Of a stretch of DNA of 57,660 bases, positions 8,383-20,800 are shown in pieces. Numbering within the stretch: position 1 is the first letter of the stretch; each line of letters begins with the position of its first letter. A program made the translations under genes and the position numbers. The notes beneath the pieces were generated by a model. That model was not told where the DNA came from, did no database searches, and saw only the letters and a program-made list of their open reading frames with translations. This DNA is from an uncultured virus (IMG/VR IMGVR_UViG_3300024302_000003) (Duplodnaviria; Heunggongvirae; Uroviricota; Caudoviricetes), in the IMG/VR virus record IMGVR_UViG_3300024302_000003. One strand, given 5' to 3'.

Positions 8383-9620
8383 GTAAGAGGTTTTTTCTTC
8401 TTATATTTCTTTATGAGATAGGTATTTAAAAGGTGAGGAGACAAATAGGCAGCGTAAGTACCACCAGCTAGTGCTAAATGCTTTCGAGCCCTTTTTAAAC
8501 CTGCCTTACCTATATTTAACTTTTTTAACGCCTTATATCCTCTCACAGATGCGCGGACTTCTTCGCTAATTGTTCCGAGAGCTGGAACCATAGAAGCTCC
8601 TAAAGCGGTGTTTTGCAATAAGGGATCGTCAGTGGCCCAGGCGAGTGCTCCTGGTACCAGACCAGCTACTGAGATGTGGTTGGCGGCTCGTAAAGCTTCG
8701 TGAACTTTTCGATATTTTGCGCTGTTTCTTAAACCAGAACCGTGTCCTATCTCGTGTGCCAGTACTTCAACAGGTCCTTTCTTCGGCGCAAAAACTGCAT
8801 GCGTATCAGTCCTATAGTGAGCACCTAGCCCGCTATCCTGAATTCTCGTGCCAGTATATTTCATTATTTTCTTTAATTTGTTATACTGAGCCTTTCCAGC
8901 TCGTTGCTCAACACCATGTGGCCGGTTAAATTGAGGATGGGCAAGAAATGAGCCTGCCGCTTCTGGTGCCTTTATAAGACCAAACCCAACAAGGGAATCA
9001 ACGGCTAAGCTTTTCAACCTCTTTGACGTTTCATCTTCGGCTTTTTTGGTTAAATGCGCTTTCTCGAGATTGTAGCCTTTATCATATTGCATCCCAGCTG
9101 ATGTACCAGCAAGTGCTCCGCTTACTAAAAAGGCTTTTGTGGTTTGACTAGTTTCATTTTCTATTTGCTTTTGTACAGCTTTAAGTGCCCCACGGTTCCC
9201 TTTATTCTTTAGGTTTATTTTGCCATGTCGTATATCGGTAAGCGCTTTGCGTACCTTGCGATTTGCTGTTTTTTCTTTTCCTAATATTCTTAAAGACTTC
9301 GCCGTTTTTTTGGATAGATAGGAACTTTTTAAACTCTTTTTAAGTCCTTTAGAAGCGCTGTTGCCATGATAGAGTAACTTAAAAGGTTGTTTCATGCCCT
9401 GCACGAAGCTTCTTACTAGGCCGCCTCTCTTTAGCTGAGTTAGCCCCCCTACAAGAGCTGGTACAATAGTTAAGCCTCCCAGAGTGCCACCAGCAGCAGC
9501 GGCTATCCCAGCTGATGACTTCTTTTTACCTTTAATAGCATCTTGCTGTCCGTAGGCAATTGTTTTAACGCCACTAGGATCAAAACCAGCTGCGAAATCT
9601 TTTAATAGGCCTCTAGCCAC
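8355..9620 (-). CDS. Basic Gly/Ala-rich protein with a C-terminal zinc metallopeptidase domain; possible virion protein
   Basis: VLAHEIGH plus downstream EEVRAS (gluzincin-type third ligand). Confidence 0.65.
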   Translation of the reverse strand: MARGLLKDFAAGFDPSGVKTIAYGQQDAIKGKKKSSAGIAAAAGGTLGGLTIVPALVGGLTQLKRGGLVRSFVQGMKQPFKLLYHGNSASKGLKKSLKSSYLSKKTAKSLRILGKEKTANRKVRKALTDIRHGKINLKNKGNRGALKAVQKQIENETSQTTKAFLVSGALAGTSAGMQYDKGYNLEKAHLTKKAEDETSKRLKSLAVDSLVGFGLIKAPEAAGSFLAHPQFNRPHGVEQRAGKAQYNKLKKIMKYTGTRIQDSGLGAHYRTDTHAVFAPKKGPVEVLAHEIGHGSGLRNSAKYRKVHEALRAANHISVAGLVPGALAWATDDPLLQNTALGASMVPALGTISEEVRASVRGYKALKKLNIGKAGLKRARKHLALAGGTYAAYLSPHLLNTYLIKKYKKKKPLTKKEPKVNP

Positions 9621-10197
9621 GCTTTTTCCGGTTATAGCTATCTACGGCCCTGTGTCCCAAAGAGCTAGCTTGCTGCAAAGCTTCCATTTTAAAAGCTGCG
9701 TCTTCCCGCGCTCTACGCTCAACGGCTTGTGCTGCAAAAAGCTTGACACCATATTCATGAGCCGCGCTCTTATTAGCGTCGTCTCTATCTCTTAATTTGG
9801 GGAATTTTTTACGTAATACTTTAACTGCATCGCTATAAGCATTAGCGCTTGCCCGCATCGGAGCGATTCCGAGCGTAGGAATACCTGTTAACCAAGGATG
9901 TCTTAGAACAAAAGAGTCTTTAATAGCTTTGCCAAACAACTCTCTCGCCACTTCTTCTTCTTCATCGTTAAGGTGCGTCGAAAAACGGCCCGGCATAGAG
10001 CCCGTAAAATCATGATCGAGCTTTAAGTCTTCTAGCTTATCTATAGTAAGCTGTATAGCTGCCTCCTTAAGAGCCTCTTTTTGAGAAGCTAAACCGCTCA
10101 AATATAAGGAATGCATGGAACCTGCTTTTTCAACACCTTGGGTATCTTTAGTTATCCTCTTTTTAGAGAGACCTTTTAACCTTTTTGTATAAGTCAT
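9613..10197 (-). CDS. Hypothetical protein, possible virion protein
   Basis: 194-aa ORF; TATAAT 8 nt upstream of the start. Confidence 0.65.
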   Translation of the reverse strand: MTYTKRLKGLSKKRITKDTQGVEKAGSMHSLYLSGLASQKEALKEAAIQLTIDKLEDLKLDHDFTGSMPGRFSTHLNDEEEEVARELFGKAIKDSFVLRHPWLTGIPTLGIAPMRASANAYSDAVKVLRKKFPKLRDRDDANKSAAHEYGVKLFAAQAVERRAREDAAFKMEALQQASSLGHRAVDSYNRKKRG

Positions 10198-10264
10198 AGC
10201 TTTAAATTATACCTTTCTTTTATTTTTCTTCCAATATGCACTTAAAAAGTATATACTGTTAAGC

Positions 10265-10582
10265 ATGACTCGATTATTTCAAAATGCATACCGTGTAAGA
10301 CAAGAAAAAGCTCGTAAAGAGCATACTAGGAGGATGGCTTGGAGACGAGCTATCGATATAACCATTCCTACCTTAGTTATGATAGTAGGGGTTATATTCT
10401 TATTTGCTATATTTAGTTGTTCCGCTCCCGTGAGTTTAGACAACCAAAAACTAGTCCATAACAACCATGTCCTCGGAGGAAACTTCTATAAGGACTGCAT
10501 GTTCTGCCAAGGGGAAATCAACTTTCTCTTAGGTCATTCAACAACAACAACACCTTGGGAAGATAAGGTCTTCCGATACTAA
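10265..10582 (+). CDS. Membrane-anchored or lipoprotein-like hypothetical protein
   Basis: Basic N-terminus, hydrophobic stretch ending AIFSC, then H..CxxC. Confidence 0.6.
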   Translation: MTRLFQNAYRVRQEKARKEHTRRMAWRRAIDITIPTLVMIVGVIFLFAIFSCSAPVSLDNQKLVHNNHVLGGNFYKDCMFCQGEINFLLGHSTTTTPWEDKVFRY

Positions 10583-10584
10583 TC

Positions 10585-11163
10585 ATGATTAAACTAATTA
10601 CACTTTTACTAGCCCTGTTTACAGGGGTAGATACCGACTATGGACAGTTTCAACACTATGTAGTTTTCACCGATTCGAACAAAGATGGAGTACTGAAAGG
10701 CTCGGTACATAATGAAGACTACAATTACAGAGGGGATGTTTACATTTATGGGACGGACTTTCGTCTTTCATACTCCTACCCACTTGACCAAGAAGACCCT
10801 TTCTTTGTTGCAGATATCTCCGAGGATGTTGTAAAAACACTAAAGCGTAATGTCCCTGCGGGACGATGGCAAGTAGTATACGAGTATGATGATGAGTGGT
10901 CTCCAAACAACGTCGCTCATAACTATGTAAATCTGGTATGGATAGCACCTGAAGACCATCTGGGCTTACTGTTCGCAGTATCCGTAGATGTTAATACAAC
11001 TTACCATCAAGGGCTATCCCACTACACAAATGTTTACGCTGAGAAAGGATATGATTCTTTTTTTCACTTCCAATGTTTCCTTCCTAGTTTACAAGAAGAA
11101 GCGTTTGCTACCACCTACCCTTTCGGTTTTGGTAGATGGGAAGCAGGAGACTACACCTACTAA
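10585..11163 (+). CDS. Exported hypothetical protein
   Basis: Signal-peptide-like MIKLITLLLALFTG; acidic, aromatic-rich body. Confidence 0.65.
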   Translation: MIKLITLLLALFTGVDTDYGQFQHYVVFTDSNKDGVLKGSVHNEDYNYRGDVYIYGTDFRLSYSYPLDQEDPFFVADISEDVVKTLKRNVPAGRWQVVYEYDDEWSPNNVAHNYVNLVWIAPEDHLGLLFAVSVDVNTTYHQGLSHYTNVYAEKGYDSFFHFQCFLPSLQEEAFATTYPFGFGRWEAGDYTY

Positions 11164-11215
11164 GATTCAATCTCCCTAATGATCCTTTAAGGTATTCTTG
11201 GGGAGATACCTAAAA

Positions 11216-11395
11216 ATGAACAAAGAAGAATACGAATATCACAGAGAATGCGTAGGAGGGCTACGCCTTGCGGCTATCACAGCCATAGCCTTCTCTATCA
11301 CCTTTGTCTTAACCATAATCTCCGTGTGGAACTGCGATACCTCAAAAGTCTATCAGACTGATGAGCTCCGAACAGGTGCGGGATGCGGAGAATGA
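11216..11395 (+). CDS. Small single-TM protein
   Basis: ATG 11216 after GGGAG; LAAITAIAFSITFVLTIISVW. Confidence 0.55.
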   Translation: MNKEEYEYHRECVGGLRLAAITAIAFSITFVLTIISVWNCDTSKVYQTDELRTGAGCGE

Positions 11396-11415
11396 AGCAT
11401 GAAAAAGGAGAACAA

Positions 11416-11667
11416 ATGTCTAAATCAAAAAAACAGCTAGAAGAAGAGATTAAAATACTTAAGCTCCGCTTATCACTAGCCGAAGAGCATATATTAGAAA
11501 TGCAGCCTGCCTTCCTAGAGTACCAGTTAAATAAATCAGAGAGGGAGCCTGAGCTTTGGGTAAACTATTTAAGATCTTTCAATGAGAAAATGTGTAAAGC
11601 TAAGAAAGAGAAAGTTAAGAGTAATCCTTTCTGGGGAGAGGACTACGAAGGTGAAGGTAGGTCTTAG
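11416..11667 (+). CDS. Hypothetical coiled-coil protein
   Basis: AAGGAG SD before ATG 11416. Confidence 0.65.
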   Translation: MSKSKKQLEEEIKILKLRLSLAEEHILEMQPAFLEYQLNKSEREPELWVNYLRSFNEKMCKAKKEKVKSNPFWGEDYEGEGRS

Positions 11668-11746
11668 TTCTTTTTAGGCACATCTAAGAATTGCTCATTT
11701 AAGCTTTTCTTTATTGAGCTCATCTGGTATAGATACTGATCAATAC

Positions 11747-11848
11747 TTACTTGGGGCTTCCCTTTCCCGCCGACTTATCAGCAACACGTTGTTGATGTTT
11801 TTTGTAAGTGATACTTGCATATTTCTCTATATAAAGATGCAAACTCAT
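11747..11848 (-). CDS. 33-aa ORF coupled to the giant gene; possible -1 extension to 11664
   Basis: ATGA overlap at 11845-11848; MSLHLYIEKYASITYKKHQQRVADKSAGKGSPK. Confidence 0.4.
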   Translation of the reverse strand: MSLHLYIEKYASITYKKHQQRVADKSAGKGSPK

Positions 11849-14800
11849 CTACCCATTCTCCTAGCGTCATCTGTCCCCATATTACCTTCCTGGTCAAAGC
11901 GGAAATTTATATTAGTTTGAGATTCTTCACTTGCTAGCCCTTCTATAAGTGCGCCTTCCTCGTTTCTTAACGCAAACCCATTAACCCTAGTAGCCCCAAT
12001 CTCAGTTACATAATGTGACCCATGGGGACGTTTAGTTTCTAAACCCCCCAAACCACTTTGTCGTAGCCAGTCACCTACTGTTGTGTGATCTAAGAAAACA
12101 TCAGGCATATAAGCTACCTCGTCTATACACCCTTTAAAATAATTATCGCCAGTTACCTCTGAGCCAACAGCTAGAGGTGCACTATGTACTTCAGTATTGA
12201 TTTCCGTATAGGTAGCGTCTATGTAGGCCCCTGAAATATCAAATGAGCCTATCCATGTGCCTCCTAACCTGGTTGCCATGTTTTGCGGATTAAAGGAAGA
12301 GTAGCGGCCATACGCACCATATTGCTTTCCTGCCGTACCATGCTCTAGATCAAATATTGTCGCGTCGTTATTATCAAGCGCCTCTCTTACTGCGGATTCT
12401 GGTATACGTAGAGTGTAATTCTCTATTTTACCACCTTCGATGTTGAAAGAATTTAAAGTTAGCCACCACTCGTTAGCGCTATGAGTAATATGTTGCTCAT
12501 TAGATACCCCTTGACTGATTAATCTTAACGTAGCTCCTTGCTTTATACCAACAGGTACTCCCATTACTGTTTCAGCTGTGTTTTCTAGTGTACTGTTAGG
12601 AGCCCAAATATTCACTTTTAATTCAGGTAAATATGACTCATCACTTCCATCACTATAGTGGTTATTATAAAAAGCGAAGCCAGTTATGCCAGCATCCTCT
12701 TGATCAGCTGTATCTCCTTTCTTAAAACCGAAGTATTTCTTAGATCCCCAATCACCAGCATAATCATAAGAATGCCAATCGTCATAATAAGCAGCAGCGC
12801 TTTCAGCAGCGCTAGTAGGAAATTTATAATGCGAACATGCTATTATAGTATTAGAATCACCATAAGGTGAGCTCTTATACTGATCAAGTTTAGTCCACGC
12901 CGCTACAGTGAATTTTGTATGTCTGTGGGTAGACTCACTTCCGTCTAAGCACACAAAAGAAGAAGCTAGGTCAAGCGTCGTTAGATTAGTCCAGTCAACT
13001 TCCGCTATCTCCTGTCCTCCCTCTATATAGGCGGCAGGTGTGCCATCCATATATTCTCGTGGTATTCGCAAACTATACTTGCCCCATAAAGAATCCTCAT
13101 CGAAGAACGCGGTTGGTAGTGTTAAATCACCACTCCCCTCTATTACTGTATTTTTTGCTTTTCCCTGTCCCGTATTATTACAATAATTTGGGTTATCAAA
13201 TCGCCATATGAATTTACCTGATTCATTAGGCATATATCCTCCCTCAGAGCTCGTGGTATACATACCATCAAATTTAAAGAAGGTCTTATTTTTACTTCCT
13301 ATAGATATAGGTTGTGCTGGTATTGGACTAGGAAGGCCTATAGATGTACTATTCGTAGTAAAAACCCAGGTATACTCAACTAACGAGTTTCCTGCCACAT
13401 CAGTTATATTTGTAGTTAATGTAACAACATAAATCGAAGAGGCGCTTAATAAACTCTTTGGTGTAAATGTAGCTGTATATGTAATAGGATCATAGACAAT
13501 AACACCTGTTACAGGAGTGCCATTAACTTCCACAAGGAAAGAATCGTCATCCACCGAGGCAGCACTTAGGTCTTCGTCAAAAGTGGCAGTAATTGCTATA
13601 GTACGTTCTACGTTTACTGCAGTATTAAAGGGGAAAGTGCCTGTTACTTCAGGAGGCGTAACGTCTCCCCCACCGGCTGCTACAGTCGTAAAGGTCCATA
13701 CTTCGTCTGCGCCTAAATTATCTCCATCTAAGTTTGTTATTGCAGTTGTCAATGTTGCTGTATACAGAGTTGAATTAGACAAATAGCTTTCTGGAATAAA
13801 TCTAGCTTCAAGCGTATTATGATTAAACACAACCGACCCGGCTACTGGATTACCTCCCGTCTCTAAAGTAAAACTTGTCCCAGTTACGGTAGCGGCATCT
13901 AAGTCTTCATCAAAGATCGCTGTAATACTTGTCCCTATAGGTATATCAATATCTGTATCTGCCGGGTTAGTACTAACTACCGTAGGGGGCGAAACATCAG
14001 CTGTTGTGAATGACCAGCTATAAGGAGCTGCAAGCGTGTTTCCCGCTATATCTGCTATGTCCGTAGATAAAGTAACCGTAAAGGTTTCTAGAGGATCTAG
14101 GCTATAAGACGCAGGAGTAAACACAACTACTGTATCATTAGTTGTAAAAGAGTAAGCTCCCCCAAGTGGTGTAAGAGCAGAATCTAGTATTTCGAAGCTA
14201 TATTGGTCTATAGTGTTTCTATCAATAGGCTCGCTAAAGGTAACTTCAACAAGAGTATCGCGTCTAGCTATATCTATGTCTCCTGAAAGAGGAGAGGTTG
14301 AATCAACTGTAGGCGGTGTAGTATCTGGACTATTACTGGTTATTGTAAAAGACCATACCTCAGCGTTAGCAAGCGGAGCTCCCTCTAAGTCTGTAATACC
14401 TGTAGTCAGCGTTGCTGTATATTCTTCATCATTTGTCAAAGCAACATCAGGTACGAAATATACGAGAGCGTTATTCTGAGCATAAATACCTACAGAACCT
14501 GTTATAGGCGTTCCACTACTATCCTCTAGTAAGAAATTATTGGTAGTAGCACTAGCTGGGTCTATAGCCTCATTAAAAGTACCTCTGATCGTTACTGTTT
14601 CAGCAATATCTGTCGCACCGTCAGTAGGCCAGGTGCTATCAAGTACTGGAGGTGTATTTATTTTTTCTGTTACGAAAAAAGTTTGAAGTTGCCCGACAAG
14701 AGGAGCTCCCTCATTATCTGTAATTAAAGCAGCTGTCGCCTCTACATAGTATAAATAATCTTCGTCTAGGTCCGCATTAAAAGTTATTGTAGCTGTAAAT

Positions 14801-17800
14801 GTATTAGAGTCATAAACTAGGACTTGTGCTGGTTTGGTGCCACCTGGTTCACGTACATCTAGAGAGTTGGTATCCACGCCATTTACATGCTCACTAAACA
14901 CAACTATTACATCAGTGTCTAGAGCTACGTCACGAGAACCGTCAGGCGGAGTAACTGATGTAATATAAGGCGCTACATTACTTGCTAATGTATCAAACGT
15001 CCAAGTATACTCACCACCGTCTAAAAGATTACCAGCTAGATCAGTTATGCTCGCATCTAAAGTGGCTATATAGTCATGGTCTAGAGTCAGATCGCTAGAA
15101 GGGGTAAGCGTTGCTCTGTTCTGCGCGGCATTCCAGCTGAAGGAAGCAGGGACTGGAAAACCCGTTGTTGTATTTGTTAGAGTAAACGTTGTTCCGTCTA
15201 GAAGTCCTGTATCCATTGCCTCGTCAAATTCGCAATAAACTATGGAGTTTATATAAACAAATGTAGCGCCATCAGATGGGTAGGTGCTTTCAACCGTAGG
15301 AGCTGTAGTATCACCTTGGCTCTGTTCCGTATTGAAGTAAAGGATTTGAGGCTCTAAAGGGACGAAGAACTTATTCATAATAGACCCAGAAACGTAATTT
15401 AGCCTTATATTATACGTAGTTCCGTAAGAAAAGAGTTGATCAGGTGTGAATGCTAATCTTTTAGTAGTATCATCATAACTAAGGGCTCCAGTTACTACGC
15501 TTCCTCCGTCTTGTACAACCATGTCAAAATCCTTAGTGAGTACATACTCACTTGCTTGGATAATAGATTCATTTAACTCAATAAAGCAAGGATCAGCAAT
15601 AGGTGCGTCTATCGTAGCTGTTCTTTCCATGATAACAGGAGGCCCTTGAGTGCTAGCACCAAAATCTATACGTATATTGTCTAATCTAATTTCATCCCCA
15701 GTTACAAGGTCTGACTCTCTTACTGTATTGTAAGGAGGTACGGAATCTTTAACTCTCTGACGAATTACAAGCTTACTCTCCCCGTCTGTTGCATAACTCG
15801 GCAAAGGGAAGGAAACGTTGGTCCAAGTACTATAAGCATTTTTATATGTAACAGTGTATGGATAAAACTCTGTTCCATATTCTATAAAGAATAAGATATC
15901 CCCCTCCGCCATACTTGTGGTAACTTTTAAGTCAAAATTAACCATATATAAGCGTCCTTTTGTTAGCGTATGCCTTGGATGAGAGCCAGCCGCGTAAGCT
16001 ATTACAGTGTCATATTGAGTATCTATAGGACAGACCGCTATATTGCTTTGTTTTGCCGCATCAAACATTACAGTACCCTGGTTAGTAATAGACCAAGGAG
16101 CAGCTACGGGAAGCTCAAAAGCCCCGTTCTGCAGGAGGGACTGAAAAGGCGCTGCGTAAGTACCGGTTGTAAAATCCCAATTTTGTGTAGGTAGCTTTGC
16201 TCCTGAAAAGTCCCACACACTATCCATAACCAGCGTATAAGCAGTGTTGTCAACTAAAGGCGCTGTAGGGGTAATGCCTATAGCATCGATGGAGGCATAA
16301 TAAGTAACTACAGCATCGACTTTAACCGAGGCGGCATCTTCAATATATACTGTAGTCAAGTTTACATCTTTTACGTTTAGCAGGTGATCCACATAGATCA
16401 TCAACTCCTCAGCAGGATTTACATCAACAGCATTGTTGACAGGCCTTGTATGTATTACCGAAGCTACCGCAGGGGCAGCATTAGCTATGCGTATCTTATA
16501 TTCGTATTTCTCTAGCTTATTTCCATTAACGTCCATTAATCTGTAAGAGGGATTAGTGTCCACTATTTCTGTACGGATTGTAAAAGTTCTACCGTAGTCT
16601 GTAGCAGATGCATTTTTAAGTTCAAAGTCAAAAAAGTGACCAGACGAGTTATAAGTAATATCAAAGTTAAAAGTTTCAGGGGCTTCACCAGGTTCTTCTA
16701 ATATAGTGAAATAATTTGAATAAGGCGCTGTAGGAGTGGTCATACCATTTCCTACAGATTCAATCATAAAGGAAAATCTTGATCCATTTGCTAAAGCGTG
16801 GTTTACATTCTCTTTTTTAGTAGCCACAAGAAATGGCATTGTTTTTTCCTGCGCAGCCAAGGAAACACTCGTAACAGTTACTTCATCGCCATCTACTAAA
16901 GCGCTATTATAATCCTTTATCTGGTCTCCGGTGTCTATATGGTCTACTTTTAATAAGACTGCGAAAACAGTGGCATTATATTCTTTGTTAAGATTTAAAC
17001 TTCCAGTATGAAAAATAGGTGCGTTATATACACACTCTTGGGGATAAGCCATAGTAGCGGCGTCATATTTAACTTCATGAAAACCTGTAATTCCTTCATT
17101 ACCTTGAATAGCTAATATAAAACAGGTTTCTCCGTCCACTATAGTAGAGGAATCTACGCTAAAAGTAATCTCTGCGGTTAGCGCATTAGTAGCAGTAAGT
17201 GTCGTAGGATTAACAAGCACTTGATGCATTAAAGGTAGATCACCATGAACAGGTAAGTGTGCTGTACTGATAAGTGTAGTAGTATTAAGAATAACGTGCC
17301 CCCTCCCTTCCCCGCCAAGGGTGGGTCCAAAAACCCAATGGAATGCTTCGTGTTCATCGGGTTGGTTGGCATCAAAATTAGGATTCCTCAGCAAGTTCTC
17401 TCCCGTTGCACTATAGTTGCTATCCCCTATACCAACAACCTGTACTTCAAGTTCTTCCCAAGCTTGTATATCTTTAGATCCATTCCATCTGTAAAGAGAG
17501 CAAGAAGCTAGGATATCTGAATCCTTAGATAAGCCAACCCAATACCACCCATCTGTATCTAATGCTGCATCGAAAGAAAATTGGATTTTATTTGCGCCTC
17601 TTGGTATAGAAGCAAACAACTTATTAGAGAAAAGGCCATCCGCCTCAACACCTTCTACCCATATACTAATGCCTTTAGAGCTATTGCCATGTCCAATATT
17701 AAGGAGCTCTACATAGGGTTCACTATCCCCTTGTAGGCGTGAATCCAATACTGTAGCTGCTATATCAGCGTTTGCATTTGTTGCTATTGTGCCTATTAAT

Positions 17801-20800
17801 GAGTCGTCTCTAAAAGTATTCTTAATACAAAAAATAGTTTCAGCAGAGTATTTTTTGTTAAATTGCCACGAGCTATCATGAGGGAGTGCTAAGCCTCCTT
17901 CACCTGATATTATAATGTTATCACCTAAACCAGCACTCTCAAAAGAATTTTGAGGTTGGTTATACCTATATAGCTGAATATCATCTAATAAAACAGCTGG
18001 GCGATCTACATCACTATCTTTAGCTCTATTGCCTATCGTTAGTGTATAACTATCTGATACCTTGCTATCTCTAGTATTAAAAATATGCTCGTACGTATAG
18101 TTAACTTGGCTGCGTATTACAGCCCCAACCACGTCGCTGACCGTAGTGTAAGTATTTGGGTTTAAGTCTTTCTCAATAGCATCCCATGCAATACCCCATG
18201 AGCCGTCTGCTTGCAAGTACTCATTAGTTCTATTATTCTCTAATGTAAATGTAACAAAACCATCGCTAGACGAACTCCACGCTTTAAAACTAAGCGCATA
18301 ATCACATCCAGGTTCTAATGTGTAGGCCTCTAAATCTTGCGCAATAAAAGGTTTATCTACGTTCGGGTCCGCCGCAAGCGCCTCAGGGAGCGTGCATACG
18401 GCATAACCAGACATAGGCCTTTCCATTGTTGTATTGGAGCCAGCTGTAGTAGGAATAAAGCCTACGGAGGCTCCATCCCCTAAAGACCACCGCCACACTT
18501 CAATGGAGGGATCGTTAGTAAAGGCTGTCAAGTTACTGTTTTGTATAGCACGACGCTGCCCATACATAGGTGTGACAGAAACATTGTCGATGGCTAATAC
18601 CCCATTTCCAGTATATCCCCCTTGAGATTGAATCATACCTATAGTAATACTTGCTCTAATATCAGCATCTAATGCGTTGAATAAAAGTGCTTCGTTATTG
18701 AACCACCACTTATGTATTGGTCCATAATATACTGTGGCATTACTTACAACCGTATCCCAGCGATACGTATTGAAGTTGTAGTAAATAGGCGCATCGCCTG
18801 CATCTACATTTATAGAATCACTAGCTATCCGCCCTTCTATGGTCATATAAGGTGAAATATACACAGCAGTTTTATTTGTATCTGCAGTGTTGAAAGATAT
18901 ATGATCAAAAGAAAGCTTGTAGGTGGAGGACTTCTTCAAGATGAAATCTTGACTCACGGATGTGCCTGCACCAGCTTCTGGTGGAAGAATCAATCTAGCC
19001 TTATTATCAGCAAAAGCTATCGAGTTTGAGACAGTAGCTTCCGTATCACTTGTATACCAACCACCATCAAAGGGGTGTGTCACACCTGTAGACAAGCGGA
19101 GCCATTCAAAAGAAGCGTCTTGTATCAAATTGGGCATAGTTATCCCAGCATTTCCATATGTCTCCCATGAGCGCCGCTTAGGTGTGAAAGCAAAATTAGT
19201 TACATCTTCATGTGAAGAATATGTTTTTGGTAAAATAACTAAATCAGAAATATCGGCATCTACATAGGAAGCTGTCAAAAGCTCCATTGCTGTTGCTGAG
19301 TAATTACCCATCATATCGCGTGAATGATTAGGGTGAGGAGATCGTCCAACCTGAAACCTAAAATTACTTACTGTTGCTTCTAATATCTCCTCGGAATTCT
19401 CAGGATCAGGTATGTTGTACTCTTCGTTAGAAATAAAACCCATATGATTTTGAGGACCTACATCATACTCTCCCAAGAGCTGCATGCCCCTAAAGGTCTC
19501 TCTTACTATGGTAGAGTTATCGACTAAAGCAGCTGGATCTCTAGCGTTGTCTAAATTAGCCACTAAGTCTTTTTCTCTAGCACCATAAAGCTTAATCATA
19601 CCATTACCAGTATATCCTTCTTGACTATAGCCTACAGTAGCAGCAAAAACCCACCAATCAGCGGCTGAGTCTTCTAAGCCTACATCACATAGAGCTTCTT
19701 GATGAGATACCTCGTATGTTTGTGTACCAAAGTGCCCAGACCATCCGATACGTAATTCATTAGTATTATAATCCTCCATAATACGCATACGATACATAAC
19801 AGCGTCAGTTGAGGGAGCTGCATTGATAGAGGTGCCAGAAGTGCCTTCTATATCCCATGGTGTCCAAGCAATACGCAAGGCTCTATAATCAGTGGTGGTT
19901 ACTCGAGCATTGTTATATACGTGCCCCACTATCAAAGATATATCCATCCAGCCACCTGTTCTAAACCCATTCAATAAAGAACTGAAATCATTATTAGGAT
20001 AGAATTTAATGGTTTTATACATACCATCGTTTAATACAGTAAGTGTTCCATAAGTACCTTCACCAAAACCGATATTTATAGAGCTCACACCCTCTGTGCC
20101 AAAGCTAAGGTTGATACCTTGTATATCCCCTAGCTTACTCACTGAGTTATTATTATACTCACACATGATAGCTAAGAAAGCCTCTCCAGATAGGATACCT
20201 TGATCTAGATTAACAATATTATTTTTGTCTGTACCTAGTACACTGATAATCCGTGGCATATCATAGTGGGCAAAAGAAAGAGCCCGTGTTCTATATGAAG
20301 CCAAGCCTCTTTCCGTTGAGAGTGTAGAGGTTAAATCGTTAACTGTATAACTTGTAGTGATGGAAGACTCTAGCCCATAATCAAAACGTTTTTCAGATAA
20401 CTTCTTAGCATATTGCGTGTACTCAGGTAAATTTAAGCTAGAGGTGATAGTTAATGAAGTACCGCTTAAATCAGGAAGCTCAAAAGCAGCCCAGTCTATG
20501 AGCGGAGTAGCGCTTGTTAAGTCTTTCGAGAACATAACCCCAGAGAATTCTTTCTCTTCTGCAAGAATAGGATCTACAAAAAGCTTATCTGAGTATATCT
20601 CAGAGTTGTCTATGCGATATACATAAGCCGAAATAGACTCTGTAAAGCTCATGCTTGTTTCAGCTATCTTTAAAGTTACACCTGGTAACAATGTAGTATC
20701 TGTCCCACTTGGTGCTACAGCTTCCGTATGTGCTATAGTTCCAAAGTTAAATGTATTATAGCTAAACGTAGTGCTATCATGTACACACGTTTGAATACGC

